A stretch of DNA of 64,000 nucleotides. It comes from an uncultured Candidatus Saccharibacteria bacterium. GTDB lineage: Bacteria; Patescibacteriota; Minisyncoccia; Phycocordibacterales; SBAW01. Of this stretch, positions 53,053 to 61,297 are shown in pieces. The notes under the pieces are model-generated. The model made no database searches. It worked only from the letters and a program-made list of their open reading frames with translations, and was not told where the DNA came from. Location of the stretch: the NCBI GenBank assembly GCA_964615415.1, contig CAZTNI010000001.1, positions 240,746 through 304,745 of the forward strand, written 5' to 3'. Position numbers and translations under genes: made by a program. The stretch's first letter is position 1. Every line of letters begins with the position of its first letter.

Positions 53053-53406
53053 CTAGCTCGCAACCTGAAATGGAGAAGGGGTTTGCAGGCGCTCTAGTTC
53101 TTCAGGTTTAATAAGCCCCATCAACAATTTGCCCTGCAGTATCATGACGCTGTGGCCATGACTAAAGTAGGTTTCTTCCTTTCTTGTGCCGCCCGGGTTC
53201 CACTGCTTCTGGAAGAATGTTACTTCTATATGCGCACGTGTTTTATCTAATCGGACAAAGTGAATGGTCCCATGCTTCCTAAAGTGCAGCTTCTCTCCGG
53301 GCTGCAGTTTCCAGACGGAGCTGGTGGGCCCTATCCAGAGATAGAAGACTCCATTGATGTACGCCAGTGTAGGGAAGTGCGTGTACCTGCGCTTCTTGTT
53401 TGCCAA
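53053..53406 (-). CDS. Hypothetical protein (117 aa, beta-rich; possible PUA-like fold)
   Basis: TTG start at 53406, preceded by an AAGGAGGG SD. Confidence 0.5.
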   Translation of the reverse strand: MANKKRRYTHFPTLAYINGVFYLWIGPTSSVWKLQPGEKLHFRKHGTIHFVRLDKTRAHIEVTFFQKQWNPGGTRKEETYFSHGHSVMILQGKLLMGLIKPEELERLQTPSPFQVAS

Positions 53407-53475
53407 TTGACCCTCCTTGGGTCGCCTAGGGTTGGAACGGAATCCGTGCGTACTATGCCATAGGTAGCATATGCT

Positions 53476-53515
53476 GACAAATAGAAAATATGTGGTAGTG
53501 TAGCGGCAGATTCAA
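53476..53515 (+). promoter_or_regulatory. Promoter/5'-UTR module TGACAAA-N-TGTGGTAGTGTAGCGGCAGA, duplicated at 54068-54108
   Basis: TGACAAATAGAAAATATGTGGTAGTGTAGCGGCAGATTC aligns with TGACAAACATAAAAATTGTGGTAGTGTAGCGGCAGACTTC at about 35 of 40 positions. Confidence 0.6.
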
Positions 53516-53537
53516 AACAAGTCCTTTGGAGGTACCC

Positions 53538-54029
53538 ATGATCGACATTCGTTCTGACTCGGCCGACCCGCGTGCGGCAAGGTTGAGCAACTTTACCGAG
53601 CGGCACTTCATCCTTGATGGTGTGCTGTGCAACTCGCTCGAAGGCTTCTTGCAGGGGCTTAAGGCAGAAGCTCTTGAAGTGCAGTGTGCTATTTGCAAGC
53701 TGGTGGGTATCGATGCAAAACAGGCTGGTAATGTGCTTGTAGTCAGAGATCCCCATTTTCTGTATTGGGAAGATGATGCTGTTGCTCGCGATGAAGTTGG
53801 CTACTTTGAACTGCTGACAAGAGCCTACGATGCGGCGTACGACCAGGACCCGACTTTTCGGGAAGACTTGCTTGCAACGGGGCACGAAGAGTTGCGCTAC
53901 ACGGTGGGCAGGTATGATCCTCTTGCAACGGTTCTTACCGAAACAGAATTTCTCTACCAGCTGTACCGTCTGCGTGCCCGAGCACATCGCGAACCAGTGG
54001 CCCAGCAGGAGCTGCCCGGCATTCGTTAA
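53538..54029 (+). CDS. NADAR (YbiA/DUF1768) family protein
   Basis: LSNFTERHFILDGVLCNSLEGFLQGLK matches the NADAR signature. GGAGG SD 5 nt upstream of the ATG. Confidence 0.6.
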   Translation: MIDIRSDSADPRAARLSNFTERHFILDGVLCNSLEGFLQGLKAEALEVQCAICKLVGIDAKQAGNVLVVRDPHFLYWEDDAVARDEVGYFELLTRAYDAAYDQDPTFREDLLATGHEELRYTVGRYDPLATVLTETEFLYQLYRLRARAHREPVAQQELPGIR

Positions 54030-54042
54030 ATGTGGTAGGTAT

Positions 54043-54072
54043 AAAGGCCGCTCCTCCCAGGGCGGCCTTTTT
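54043..54072 (+). terminator. Rho-independent terminator (variant of the repeated family)
   Basis: AAAGGCCGCTCCTCCCAGGGCGGCCTTTTT. Confidence 0.65.
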
Positions 54073-54133
54073 GCTGACAAACATAAAAATTGTGGTAGTG
54101 TAGCGGCAGACTTCTTTACCACGGAGAAACGCC

Positions 54134-54505
54134 ATGTTTGCTAAGTTTGGTGAATTGCTGCTGTATCTCGTGTTCGGGCCTCAGTACTTCTTTTTCCGGA
54201 TCGTGCGGCTGTTGGTGCGTATGGTTGTACCGAAATGGAGTCGTCGCGTTTCGGAGTTTGAACAGACAGAGATGTACGAGCTGCTAGAAGAGCGTGCAAT
54301 ATGGAGCATTTTTCTTTTGTGGTTCATCGTGGCTTTGGTGCTTGCAGTGATGCTCGGGGCACATGCATCGATACCTCTGGTCCCTGTGGTCATGTTCCAC
54401 ATGGTAACTGGGTTGGGGGTTTACATCTTTGCTCGGCACAAGCGAGTAGAGCTTATTCGCAGGGGAGTACGGAATGACCCGGTACGCACTCGCTCTGTTT
54501 CCTGA
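54134..54505 (+). CDS. Hypothetical membrane protein (123 aa)
   Basis: Preceded by the duplicated promoter module. Three TM helices. Confidence 0.45.
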   Translation: MFAKFGELLLYLVFGPQYFFFRIVRLLVRMVVPKWSRRVSEFEQTEMYELLEERAIWSIFLLWFIVALVLAVMLGAHASIPLVPVVMFHMVTGLGVYIFARHKRVELIRRGVRNDPVRTRSVS

Positions 54506-54680
54506 CGAACCGCGGTGCTTGGTGGAAGGGATTGGATCCAACGTAATTAAATTCGACATCAATGGGTGGAAAATATTTGACTCCCTTGAAGAGATCGAGG
54601 AATTTAAAAGGACGCACAAGAACCATTTCTTCGACCTCAACAAACTCACTATCATTGAAGTCCCAAAGGGTAAAACCTGA
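54474..54680 (+). CDS. Small hypothetical protein (68 aa), overlapping the previous gene by 32 nt
   Basis: MTRYALALFPDEPRCLVEGIGSNVIKFDINGWKIFDSLEEIEEFKRTHKNHFFDLNKLTIIEVPKGKT. Confidence 0.35.
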   Translation: MTRYALALFPDEPRCLVEGIGSNVIKFDINGWKIFDSLEEIEEFKRTHKNHFFDLNKLTIIEVPKGKT

Positions 54681-54759
54681 GGGACTTTTTCTTTACGTGA
54701 CAAAGGTTAATAGACGTGGTATTATACAGATAGACGAATCCCACCAAAGGAGACTACCC

Positions 54760-55068
54760 ATGCTCGCATACATCTTCGACGCCGTGCCGCTTCGCGTGCG
54801 GCAGGGCATCACTCTGGCCTTCTACGCACTCGCTGCCCTGGCGTTCGGCTCCGCGTTCTTTGCGGAGTCGGCGATCGGAGTTGCGTCGATGCTGTGGGCG
54901 GCGATCGCGCTTGTGAGCAGTGCCATGTTCCTCCACATCAACATCCGGACCGGCGTCTTTGCGGAGTCGGTGGCGCCGCGCGCCAGCGCGCTCTGTATGC
55001 TGGTCTTCGCGGTGGCGGTTCTCGGCCTGGTCATCACGAGTGCCCGCTTCGACGGCATGTCCCTCTAA
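54760..55068 (+). CDS. Hypothetical membrane protein (102 aa)
   Basis: AAAGGAG SD 8 nt upstream of the ATG at 54760. A promoter GTGACA-N17-TATTAT lies at 54700-54730. The start was trimmed from the track ORF. Confidence 0.5.
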   Translation: MLAYIFDAVPLRVRQGITLAFYALAALAFGSAFFAESAIGVASMLWAAIALVSSAMFLHINIRTGVFAESVAPRASALCMLVFAVAVLGLVITSARFDGMSL

Positions 55069-55072
55069 CCCC

Positions 55073-55108
55073 AGCCGCTCCCTCACAAGGGAGCGGCTTT
55101 TCTTTTTT
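55073..55108 (+). terminator. Rho-independent terminator, repeated family
   Basis: AGCCGCTCCCTCACAAGGGAGCGGCTTTTCTTTTTT, followed by a GTGACAAA-N17-TATAGT promoter. Confidence 0.75.
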
Positions 55109-55169
55109 GGTGACAAAATATACTTTTCGTTGTATAGTCTGAGCGGAAATTGTTCTCAAGGAGGCTTTA

Positions 55170-55814
55170 GTGATTCCTGCTCAGCTTGCCGAAGCGGCAT
55201 CCCACTCGACACGTGCGTACTACGACGAATGTGCTGCGCGTATTAACCGAGACGAAATCCCGCTGCAACCTACGGTGCACTTGGAAGCATTTATCTCTCG
55301 CTTGCGGCCGATGTCAGTCGTGCTCGACATAGGCTGTGGTACCGGACGAGCTATTCCCTCTATCCGCGGTCGTGTACGGCAGCTCAAGGTGATCGGCATC
55401 GATAACTCTAAAAGTATGCTGCACTACGCGAAGGATCGCTACCCGGACATCGACTTCCGGCTCGGCGATGCGCGTGACGTGCGGGCGCTCGTGTCGGAAG
55501 TGTGCGACGGCTTCTTGTGTATAGACACGCTGTCGCATATTCCTCGGGCGCAGCTCGTCTCGACGCTGCAGAATATCCGCGCTGTTCTGAGGCGTGGTGC
55601 AGTGGGGTACATGACGGTACCGCTTGGCACCAAGACTCAGATCTCTCATCGCGCGAGCGCGCACCCGCCGCCGCACTCCCCGAACTACCAGATCCTGATC
55701 GAGGAGTGGACCTCCGAGCGCCTCTCGCCGTGTCTTGCGCAAGCGGGGTTGCAGCCCATTCTTCCTATTTCGAAGAAAGACAGTACGTTACGGCTTAACG
55801 TGGAAGCAGTCTAG
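55170..55814 (+). CDS. Class I SAM-dependent methyltransferase
   Basis: Motif I VLDIGCGTGR. GTG start with an AAGGAGG SD. Confidence 0.65.
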   Translation: MIPAQLAEAASHSTRAYYDECAARINRDEIPLQPTVHLEAFISRLRPMSVVLDIGCGTGRAIPSIRGRVRQLKVIGIDNSKSMLHYAKDRYPDIDFRLGDARDVRALVSEVCDGFLCIDTLSHIPRAQLVSTLQNIRAVLRRGAVGYMTVPLGTKTQISHRASAHPPPHSPNYQILIEEWTSERLSPCLAQAGLQPILPISKKDSTLRLNVEAV

Positions 55815-55836
55815 TTCCTCGTTCCCGCGATACTAC

Positions 55837-55866
55837 GCCGCTCCGTAAGGAGCGGCTTTTTCTTTT
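55837..55866 (+). terminator. Rho-independent terminator, repeated family
   Basis: GCCGCTCCGTAAGGAGCGGCTTTTTCTTTT, followed by a GTGACAAA-N17-CATACT promoter. Confidence 0.75.
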
Positions 55867-55941
55867 CGTGACAAAGTTACATAATTGTGGCATACTACCG
55901 CCTAGTCTGTTCCTCTGTGGTCACGCGCTAAAAGGGAGAAA

Positions 55942-56283
55942 GTGCGCATGTCGCCTTATGCTAAAAGCATTCTGTTTCATATGGGCTTCTGGTTCCCGAA
56001 AATACTCTTTTTATTTCAAGACGAGTTTTTAGCGGTCAACATGAAGAGTCATCCTGAGCGGATCGACAAGATCGGACTCGATATCATCATAGTCCTGGTC
56101 TGCACATTCCTCTTTTTCTTGGTGCTACAGTTGCTGTTCGGACTGGCAGCGGGGTGGCACGGATGGGCCATCGTTGTTGCCATCTACGTGGTCGCTGGTG
56201 TGTGCTTCGACCTGGTGTATCACCGGGTAAAGTTCCAACACATGCTGGGCTACACTAGCAAAACCGCGCAACGTGCGCGGTAG
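55942..56283 (+). CDS. Hypothetical membrane protein (113 aa)
   Basis: AAAGGGAG SD. Start at GTG 55942 or ATG 55948. Two or three TM helices. Confidence 0.45.
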   Translation: MRMSPYAKSILFHMGFWFPKILFLFQDEFLAVNMKSHPERIDKIGLDIIIVLVCTFLFFLVLQLLFGLAAGWHGWAIVVAIYVVAGVCFDLVYHRVKFQHMLGYTSKTAQRAR

Positions 56284-56288
56284 CAAAG

Positions 56289-56322
56289 CGCCGCTCCCTA
56301 AAGGGGAGCGGCTTTTCTTTTT
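56289..56322 (+). terminator. Rho-independent terminator, repeated family
   Basis: GCGCCGCTCCCTAAAGGGGAGCGGCTTTTCTTTTT. Confidence 0.75.
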
Positions 56323-56345
56323 ATAAGCTGGTATACTCTTTCTGT

Positions 56346-57041
56346 ATGAAAGCAGTATTTATTATTCTTGCAGCAATTATTGGAGTGGTAGGAGCTATTT
56401 GGTATTTCTCTCCGAGCGGCCCTGGCGGAGCGCAGTCACAAAACTCGCAAACCGACCTTTTTGGGTATAGCACCACAACAAATAACGGTTCAGATGTCGC
56501 CGGAGCACAAACACAAACGGGCGCTGTGCAGCAAGGTTCGCAAACTACTACTAACAATAAAGTCATGCAAGCAACACTCAAAACAACTAAGGGCGACATC
56601 GTTATCGAATTTTTTGGCACCGATGCGCCAAACACCGTCGCGAATTTTGCAAAACTCGCGCAAGAAGGATTTTACAACGGCACCAAGTTCCATCGCGTTA
56701 TCGCGGGCTTCATGATCCAAGGCGGCGACCCACTTACGAAAGATGACTCTCAAATGGCACGCTGGGGTACCGGCGGTCCGGGCTATCAGTTTGCAGACGA
56801 AATCCACGCAAACAACCGCAACGTCGTTGGTACTATCTCTATGGCGAATGCAGGTCCGAATACGAACGGCAGCCAGTTCTTTATCAACACTGCTAACAAT
56901 AACTTTCTCGACACAAAGCACACGGTTTTTGGCAAGGTGGTAAAGGGTATGGAGGTTGTGGCCGCTATTGAAGCAACTGCTACAGGCCAGGCTGACCGCC
57001 CGGTTGAGCCTATGGTCATCACGAGCGTTACGGTACAGTAG
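56346..57041 (+). CDS. Peptidyl-prolyl cis-trans isomerase, cyclophilin type, membrane-anchored/secreted
   Basis: FHRVIAGFMIQGGDP and SMANAGPNTNGSQFFI are cyclophilin signatures. N-terminal TM plus a Q/T-rich linker. Confidence 0.85.
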   Translation: MKAVFIILAAIIGVVGAIWYFSPSGPGGAQSQNSQTDLFGYSTTTNNGSDVAGAQTQTGAVQQGSQTTTNNKVMQATLKTTKGDIVIEFFGTDAPNTVANFAKLAQEGFYNGTKFHRVIAGFMIQGGDPLTKDDSQMARWGTGGPGYQFADEIHANNRNVVGTISMANAGPNTNGSQFFINTANNNFLDTKHTVFGKVVKGMEVVAAIEATATGQADRPVEPMVITSVTVQ

Positions 57042-57045
57042 AGTA

Positions 57046-57390
57046 ATGCGAGTAGGGAGGCGAGCACACTACTTAACTCATAAAGAAACAGCGCGCACAC
57101 TCGTGCATGCACGCATTGCACACTTAAACCAGTACTACCAAGTACCGATCCGCAAGGTATTTATTAAAAACCACCGCAGTCGGTGGGGTAGCTGCTCGTC
57201 TAAAGGTAATTTAAATTTTAATTACCGCGTGGCACTCTTGCCGCAAGAGCTGGTTGACTATGTTGTGGCGCACGAGTTGTGTCATTTAAAAGAGTTTAAT
57301 CACTCACAAAAATTTTGGGAGCTGGTTGCGCAGACGGTACCGGCACATAAAGAGTTGCGTCGGCAATTGTTGCGCATCCCGCTGCGTTAA
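57046..57390 (+). CDS. YgjP/DUF45-like M48-family metal-dependent hydrolase (short form)
   Basis: HEXXH motif in VAHELCHLKEFNHSQKFW. The start was trimmed to the ATG at 57046. Confidence 0.6.
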   Translation: MRVGRRAHYLTHKETARTLVHARIAHLNQYYQVPIRKVFIKNHRSRWGSCSSKGNLNFNYRVALLPQELVDYVVAHELCHLKEFNHSQKFWELVAQTVPAHKELRRQLLRIPLR

Positions 57391-57408
57391 AGTTGTATAC
57401 TTTTATAT

Positions 57409-57819
57409 ATGGAACAACCTATGCCAAAAACCGAAGACGAGTGGAAGCAAAAGTTAACTCCCGAGCAGTACGCGGTACTGCGCGAAAAGGGAGCCGAAGC
57501 CCCGTTTAGTGGCAAACTCCTCCATGCCGACGCTACCGGCACGTTTAACTGTGCGGCGTGTAGCAACCCGCTTTTTGCGTCGACTGCAAAATTTGACTCT
57601 GGTACGGGTTGGCCCTCGTTCGACGAAGCGCTGCCGGGCGCAGTTACGCTGAGTGAAGACACTTCGCACGGTATGCGCCGCACGGAAGTAACCTGCGCAC
57701 GCTGCGGCTCGCATCTAGGCCACCTCTTTGACGATGGTCCTACCAAAACGGGCAAAAGATACTGCATGAACTCCGTGTGTTTGGATTTAGAGGAACAAAC
57801 AAAGGGTATTGCTAAATAA
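57409..57819 (+). CDS. msrB: Peptide methionine sulfoxide reductase MsrB
   Basis: Two C-x2-C zinc motifs (CAACSNPLF…, CARCGSHLGHLFDDGP) and GWPSF. Confidence 0.85.
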   Translation: MEQPMPKTEDEWKQKLTPEQYAVLREKGAEAPFSGKLLHADATGTFNCAACSNPLFASTAKFDSGTGWPSFDEALPGAVTLSEDTSHGMRRTEVTCARCGSHLGHLFDDGPTKTGKRYCMNSVCLDLEEQTKGIAK

Positions 57820-57879
57820 GTATTTTGTGGTATAAAAGGTCCGGACGTTTCTCTCATCATTCCAATCAGGAGGTGTGTA

Positions 57880-58596
57880 ATGGCGAGTGTGTTGGTGATC
57901 GGTGCCCACCCGGACGACGAGGTTCTGGGTGTGGGAGGGATCTTGCGGAAACTTCACTTCCAAGACGACGTGCATATTGTCACCTGTTCAGACGGGGCGC
58001 ACAGCCACTCTATCGTGCTCAACGTATTCGAACACCCGACTCCACAAGAAGTTGCGGCAGTGCGGGAGGGAGAACTTGCCCGGGCCTGCAGCATTATTGG
58101 GGAGGGAATGTGCCTCACCCACGAGCAGTGGGCATACTCAGACGGGAAGCTCCAGAAGACTGCTGGGTTACTCGAGGTCGACATACTCGACTTGCTCGGA
58201 AGGTTCTATCCCGACGTCATCTATGTGCACGCCCTGGATGCACACCCAGACCACCGCGCTGTCCATGATGCGGCATTAGCCGCCCTCAGAAGGGCGGGCT
58301 TCGCTGGCGAGATCTACGAGTACTTCATCTGGACACGCGAGTTTGCCCTTGGTCGCCAGGAACTCCTCACCCAAGCGCAGCTCGACCAGATCCAGGAGTT
58401 TACCCCCGACACTATCCATGTGGATGTGTCGGAACAGAACTCCACGAAGCGCAGGGCGCTAGAGGCCTTCGAGAGCCAAGTATCTTCTGCTCCAGCGTAT
58501 CCGGGATGGTTGCCGCAGAAGAAGCCGATCTTGAAGCCGTCCTTCGTTGAATACCATCTGCGCGGTGAGGAGATCATCACTCCCGTTCGGCTCTAG
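57880..58596 (+). CDS. PIG-L/LmbE family N-acetylglucosaminyl deacetylase
   Basis: VLVIGAHPDDEVLGVGG motif. Confidence 0.75.
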   Translation: MASVLVIGAHPDDEVLGVGGILRKLHFQDDVHIVTCSDGAHSHSIVLNVFEHPTPQEVAAVREGELARACSIIGEGMCLTHEQWAYSDGKLQKTAGLLEVDILDLLGRFYPDVIYVHALDAHPDHRAVHDAALAALRRAGFAGEIYEYFIWTREFALGRQELLTQAQLDQIQEFTPDTIHVDVSEQNSTKRRALEAFESQVSSAPAYPGWLPQKKPILKPSFVEYHLRGEEIITPVRL

Positions 58597-58605
58597 TTTG
58601 GGAAT

Positions 58606-58645
58606 CTAACCCGCTCTACCAAGAGCGGGTTTTTTCTTTATTTTG
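58606..58645 (+). terminator. Rho-independent terminator
   Basis: AACCCGCTCTACCAAGAGCGGGTTTTTTCTTTATTTT. Confidence 0.7.
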
Positions 58646-58702
58646 CTTAGTATTTTTGCCTGTGCTAGGCGTCTGTTGGTGATCGAGCTATACTTTAGGA
58701 GT

Positions 58703-59017
58703 ATGTCTACAACAGTAAAATCGATTCTTGTATTACTCGTTATTATCGGTGCAGGTGCAGCTTTGTGGTGGAGCGGTTGGCTTAATAATATCGGTATTCC
58801 TATGCCGTCTACACAAAACAATGCAACCACAACCCCAGAACAAACACAGCAACAGCAGCAAGCAGTAAACGACCTTCCGACTGCAGCTAACGATGCTTCA
58901 GACCAGGCTATCCAGCGCGACATCGCAGCACTTGATGTACAGATCCAAGCAGCTGCAAGTGACGAAACGCAAATTGACCAGGGTATGAACGACAAACCCG
59001 TCGCTCAGGAATATTAA
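58703..59017 (+). CDS. Small secreted Q/A-rich hypothetical protein
   Basis: Signal/TM helix (ILVLLVIIGAGAALWW), then a low-complexity region. The start was trimmed to the ATG at 58703. Confidence 0.45.
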   Translation: MSTTVKSILVLLVIIGAGAALWWSGWLNNIGIPMPSTQNNATTTPEQTQQQQQAVNDLPTAANDASDQAIQRDIAALDVQIQAAASDETQIDQGMNDKPVAQEY

Positions 59018-59039
59018 TTGATCGTTAGCACACACTATC

Positions 59040-59828
59040 ATGCACTCATTCTCTAAAAAAATTATCGCAGCCCTTATCGGCACCTCGCTCCTTGTCCCAG
59101 CGTTTGTGTTTGCACAGACGGGTGCAGGAGTTAATGCGACCGTGCAGGCACAAGTATCGCTTGATGCAAAAGCAACGCGCGGAAAAGACAAAGCTACACA
59201 GGAGATCGATCGTCGTATTGCAGCACTGCAGTCACTATCTGTGCGTATTAACGCAATGACTAAGATCACTCCAGAGTTAAAGACAAATATTACTACCGTC
59301 ATTCAAAACCAGGTTCAGGCATTTTCACAACTAAAAACGCAAATCGCTGCTGCTACCTCTACCGCAAGTGTACGTACATCAGTAGGATTGGTGAATCAGT
59401 CGTATCGTGTGTATGTACTCATCATCCCTCAGGCGCACATCATTGCGTCCTCTGACCGCATTGTCACCATGAGCAACATGCTTAACGGTATTGGATTGAA
59501 GCTGAAAGCACGTATCGAGGCTGCTCAAGCTGCAGGTGCAGACGTAACCTCGCTCGCACAAATGTTGGTTACGCTTGGTACAAAAATCGATAGCGCTAAT
59601 GCCCATGCACAGGCAGCGGTAAACGGTACCATTACACTCCTGCCAGACGAAGGCGACCAGGCAAAGATGAAAGCGAATCAGGATGCACTAAAAGCAGGTC
59701 GTGCAGAAATTGTAGCGGCACATAAAGACATTGCTGACGCACGTAAAGAAATCGCTTCAATCGTTTCCGGTCTTGCCACGCTCCAAGTAAATGCAAACAC
59801 GGGTGCGAGTGCAGGTACTGCTCAGTAA
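59040..59828 (+). CDS. Secreted coiled-coil hypothetical protein
   Basis: N-terminal signal peptide and Ala/Gln-rich heptad-like repeats. Confidence 0.45.
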   Translation: MHSFSKKIIAALIGTSLLVPAFVFAQTGAGVNATVQAQVSLDAKATRGKDKATQEIDRRIAALQSLSVRINAMTKITPELKTNITTVIQNQVQAFSQLKTQIAAATSTASVRTSVGLVNQSYRVYVLIIPQAHIIASSDRIVTMSNMLNGIGLKLKARIEAAQAAGADVTSLAQMLVTLGTKIDSANAHAQAAVNGTITLLPDEGDQAKMKANQDALKAGRAEIVAAHKDIADARKEIASIVSGLATLQVNANTGASAGTAQ

Positions 59829-59834
59829 TCATCA

Positions 59835-60656
59835 ATGACTACGCTGCTTCTCGCATCGCTTCTGGTCATGGCCGCGTCACTCGCGGGAGTAGTGGCGGTC
59901 TGGAAGCGGGCAGGAAGGATACTAGAGCGCAACGCCGACTTCTTGGTTAGCTTTTCTGCAGGTGTCTTCCTTGTCGTTGCATACCGCCTTGCAACTGAGG
60001 CGGTAGAGCATGCAGACTCTTTTGGCGACGGCGTATTGTGGGTTTTCTTAGGAGCACTCTTTACATGGGTGCTCTTTAAGTTGGTACCGATGCTTCACTC
60101 GCATCATGATGATGCAGATGAGCATGAGCATGCTCATGAAGGCCTAGACCAACACGACCATTCTTCGCTCGACATACGACGCATGTTGCTAGGAGACGGT
60201 CTGCATAATATTGGTGACGGTCTGCTGCTTGCTGCGTCGTTTGCGGTAAGCCCAGCGCTCGGTATTGCTGCTGCAGCGAGTGTTTTTGTGCACGAGCTTA
60301 TTCAGGGAATATCAGAGTTCTTTGTATTGCGCAGCGCTGGATACTCGGCCCGTCAGGCGCTCACCCTTAACCTCATCATCAACAGTACGATTCTTATTGG
60401 TGCCCTGGGCGGGTACTTCCTCCTCGATGCTCTTGAGGTGCTCGAGGTACCGCTGTTGGGCCTTGCTGCGGGTACGTTCTTGGTGGTGGTGCTTCACGAC
60501 CTGATCCCTCATTCAGTAAAAAGTTCTACAGAAAAACTGCACTATACAAAGCACATGGTGTGGTTCCTTGTAGGGTTAGCTATCATGTTTGGCGCGTCAG
60601 CATTTATTTCTCATGAAGAGTCTGCAGACGGCGCTCCAGTCCAGCAAACTCAGTAA
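59835..60656 (+). CDS. ZIP family metal cation transporter (ZupT-like)
   Basis: HELIQGISEF and HDLIPHS TM motifs, and a His-rich loop HSHHDDADEHEHAHEGLDQHDH. Confidence 0.8.
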   Translation: MTTLLLASLLVMAASLAGVVAVWKRAGRILERNADFLVSFSAGVFLVVAYRLATEAVEHADSFGDGVLWVFLGALFTWVLFKLVPMLHSHHDDADEHEHAHEGLDQHDHSSLDIRRMLLGDGLHNIGDGLLLAASFAVSPALGIAAAASVFVHELIQGISEFFVLRSAGYSARQALTLNLIINSTILIGALGGYFLLDALEVLEVPLLGLAAGTFLVVVLHDLIPHSVKSSTEKLHYTKHMVWFLVGLAIMFGASAFISHEESADGAPVQQTQ

Positions 60657-60718
60657 GAAAAGAGAGGTTGCAGATGTCTAAAAGTAGAGTACAGTGGAAG
60701 CCTGTCTAACCCAGGTTT

Positions 60719-61297
60719 GTGCGTCTTACTCATTACTTTACATTTCCTATGTATACCCGCCTTCTAACACTTATAGTCGCTGCTTTTTCTTTTGTGGTTG
60801 TACTCGTGCCGGGAACTGCGGCTGCTCAGTACTATCCATCGTATATGTACTATCCGCCGACTGTTCAGGCTCCTCTTGCGTGCTCGGTATCGGTCGCAGA
60901 GGTTCGTGCTGGCGACTCTGTTAGTTTTGTAGCGACAGGCGGGTATGGTGGGGCCTTTAACTGGGCTACTCCTGAACGTACGTATCTTAATATAGGCCCG
61001 ACGCTCACGGTCGCCTTGTATGTCCCTGGAGTTCAAACGGTTACCGTTTCAAGCGGAGTTCAGACTGCGTCATGTACAGTGCGCGTGCTTCCGTCGTTTG
61101 GGTCCGGAGCGTCGGTACAGCAGGTGCCAAGCTACCCGGTTACCTACTTTGCAGCGCAGTACATCCCAAGTCTTCCTAACACGGGCTTTGCGCCCCTCAC
61201 TGCTGCTTCGTTTGGGTTTGCTGCAGTGTTGCTGATCGCTGCAGGTTTGTTTGTTTCACCCTATGTCAAAAGAACCATTGTTGCTACCTTCCGCTAA
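60719..61297 (+). CDS. Cell-wall-anchored LPXTG protein (sortase substrate)
   Basis: C-terminal sorting signal LPNTG, then a hydrophobic segment, then a KRT positively charged tail. N-terminal signal peptide. Confidence 0.65.
   Translation: MRLTHYFTFPMYTRLLTLIVAAFSFVVVLVPGTAAAQYYPSYMYYPPTVQAPLACSVSVAEVRAGDSVSFVATGGYGGAFNWATPERTYLNIGPTLTVALYVPGVQTVTVSSGVQTASCTVRVLPSFGSGASVQQVPSYPVTYFAAQYIPSLPNTGFAPLTAASFGFAAVLLIAAGLFVSPYVKRTIVATFR

Noticed and set aside
53053-53406. Possible DarT-like toxin partner for the NADAR gene
   Set aside because: The adjacent divergent 117-aa protein is too short and shows none of the ART-fold motifs I can recognise. No DarT candidate was identified.
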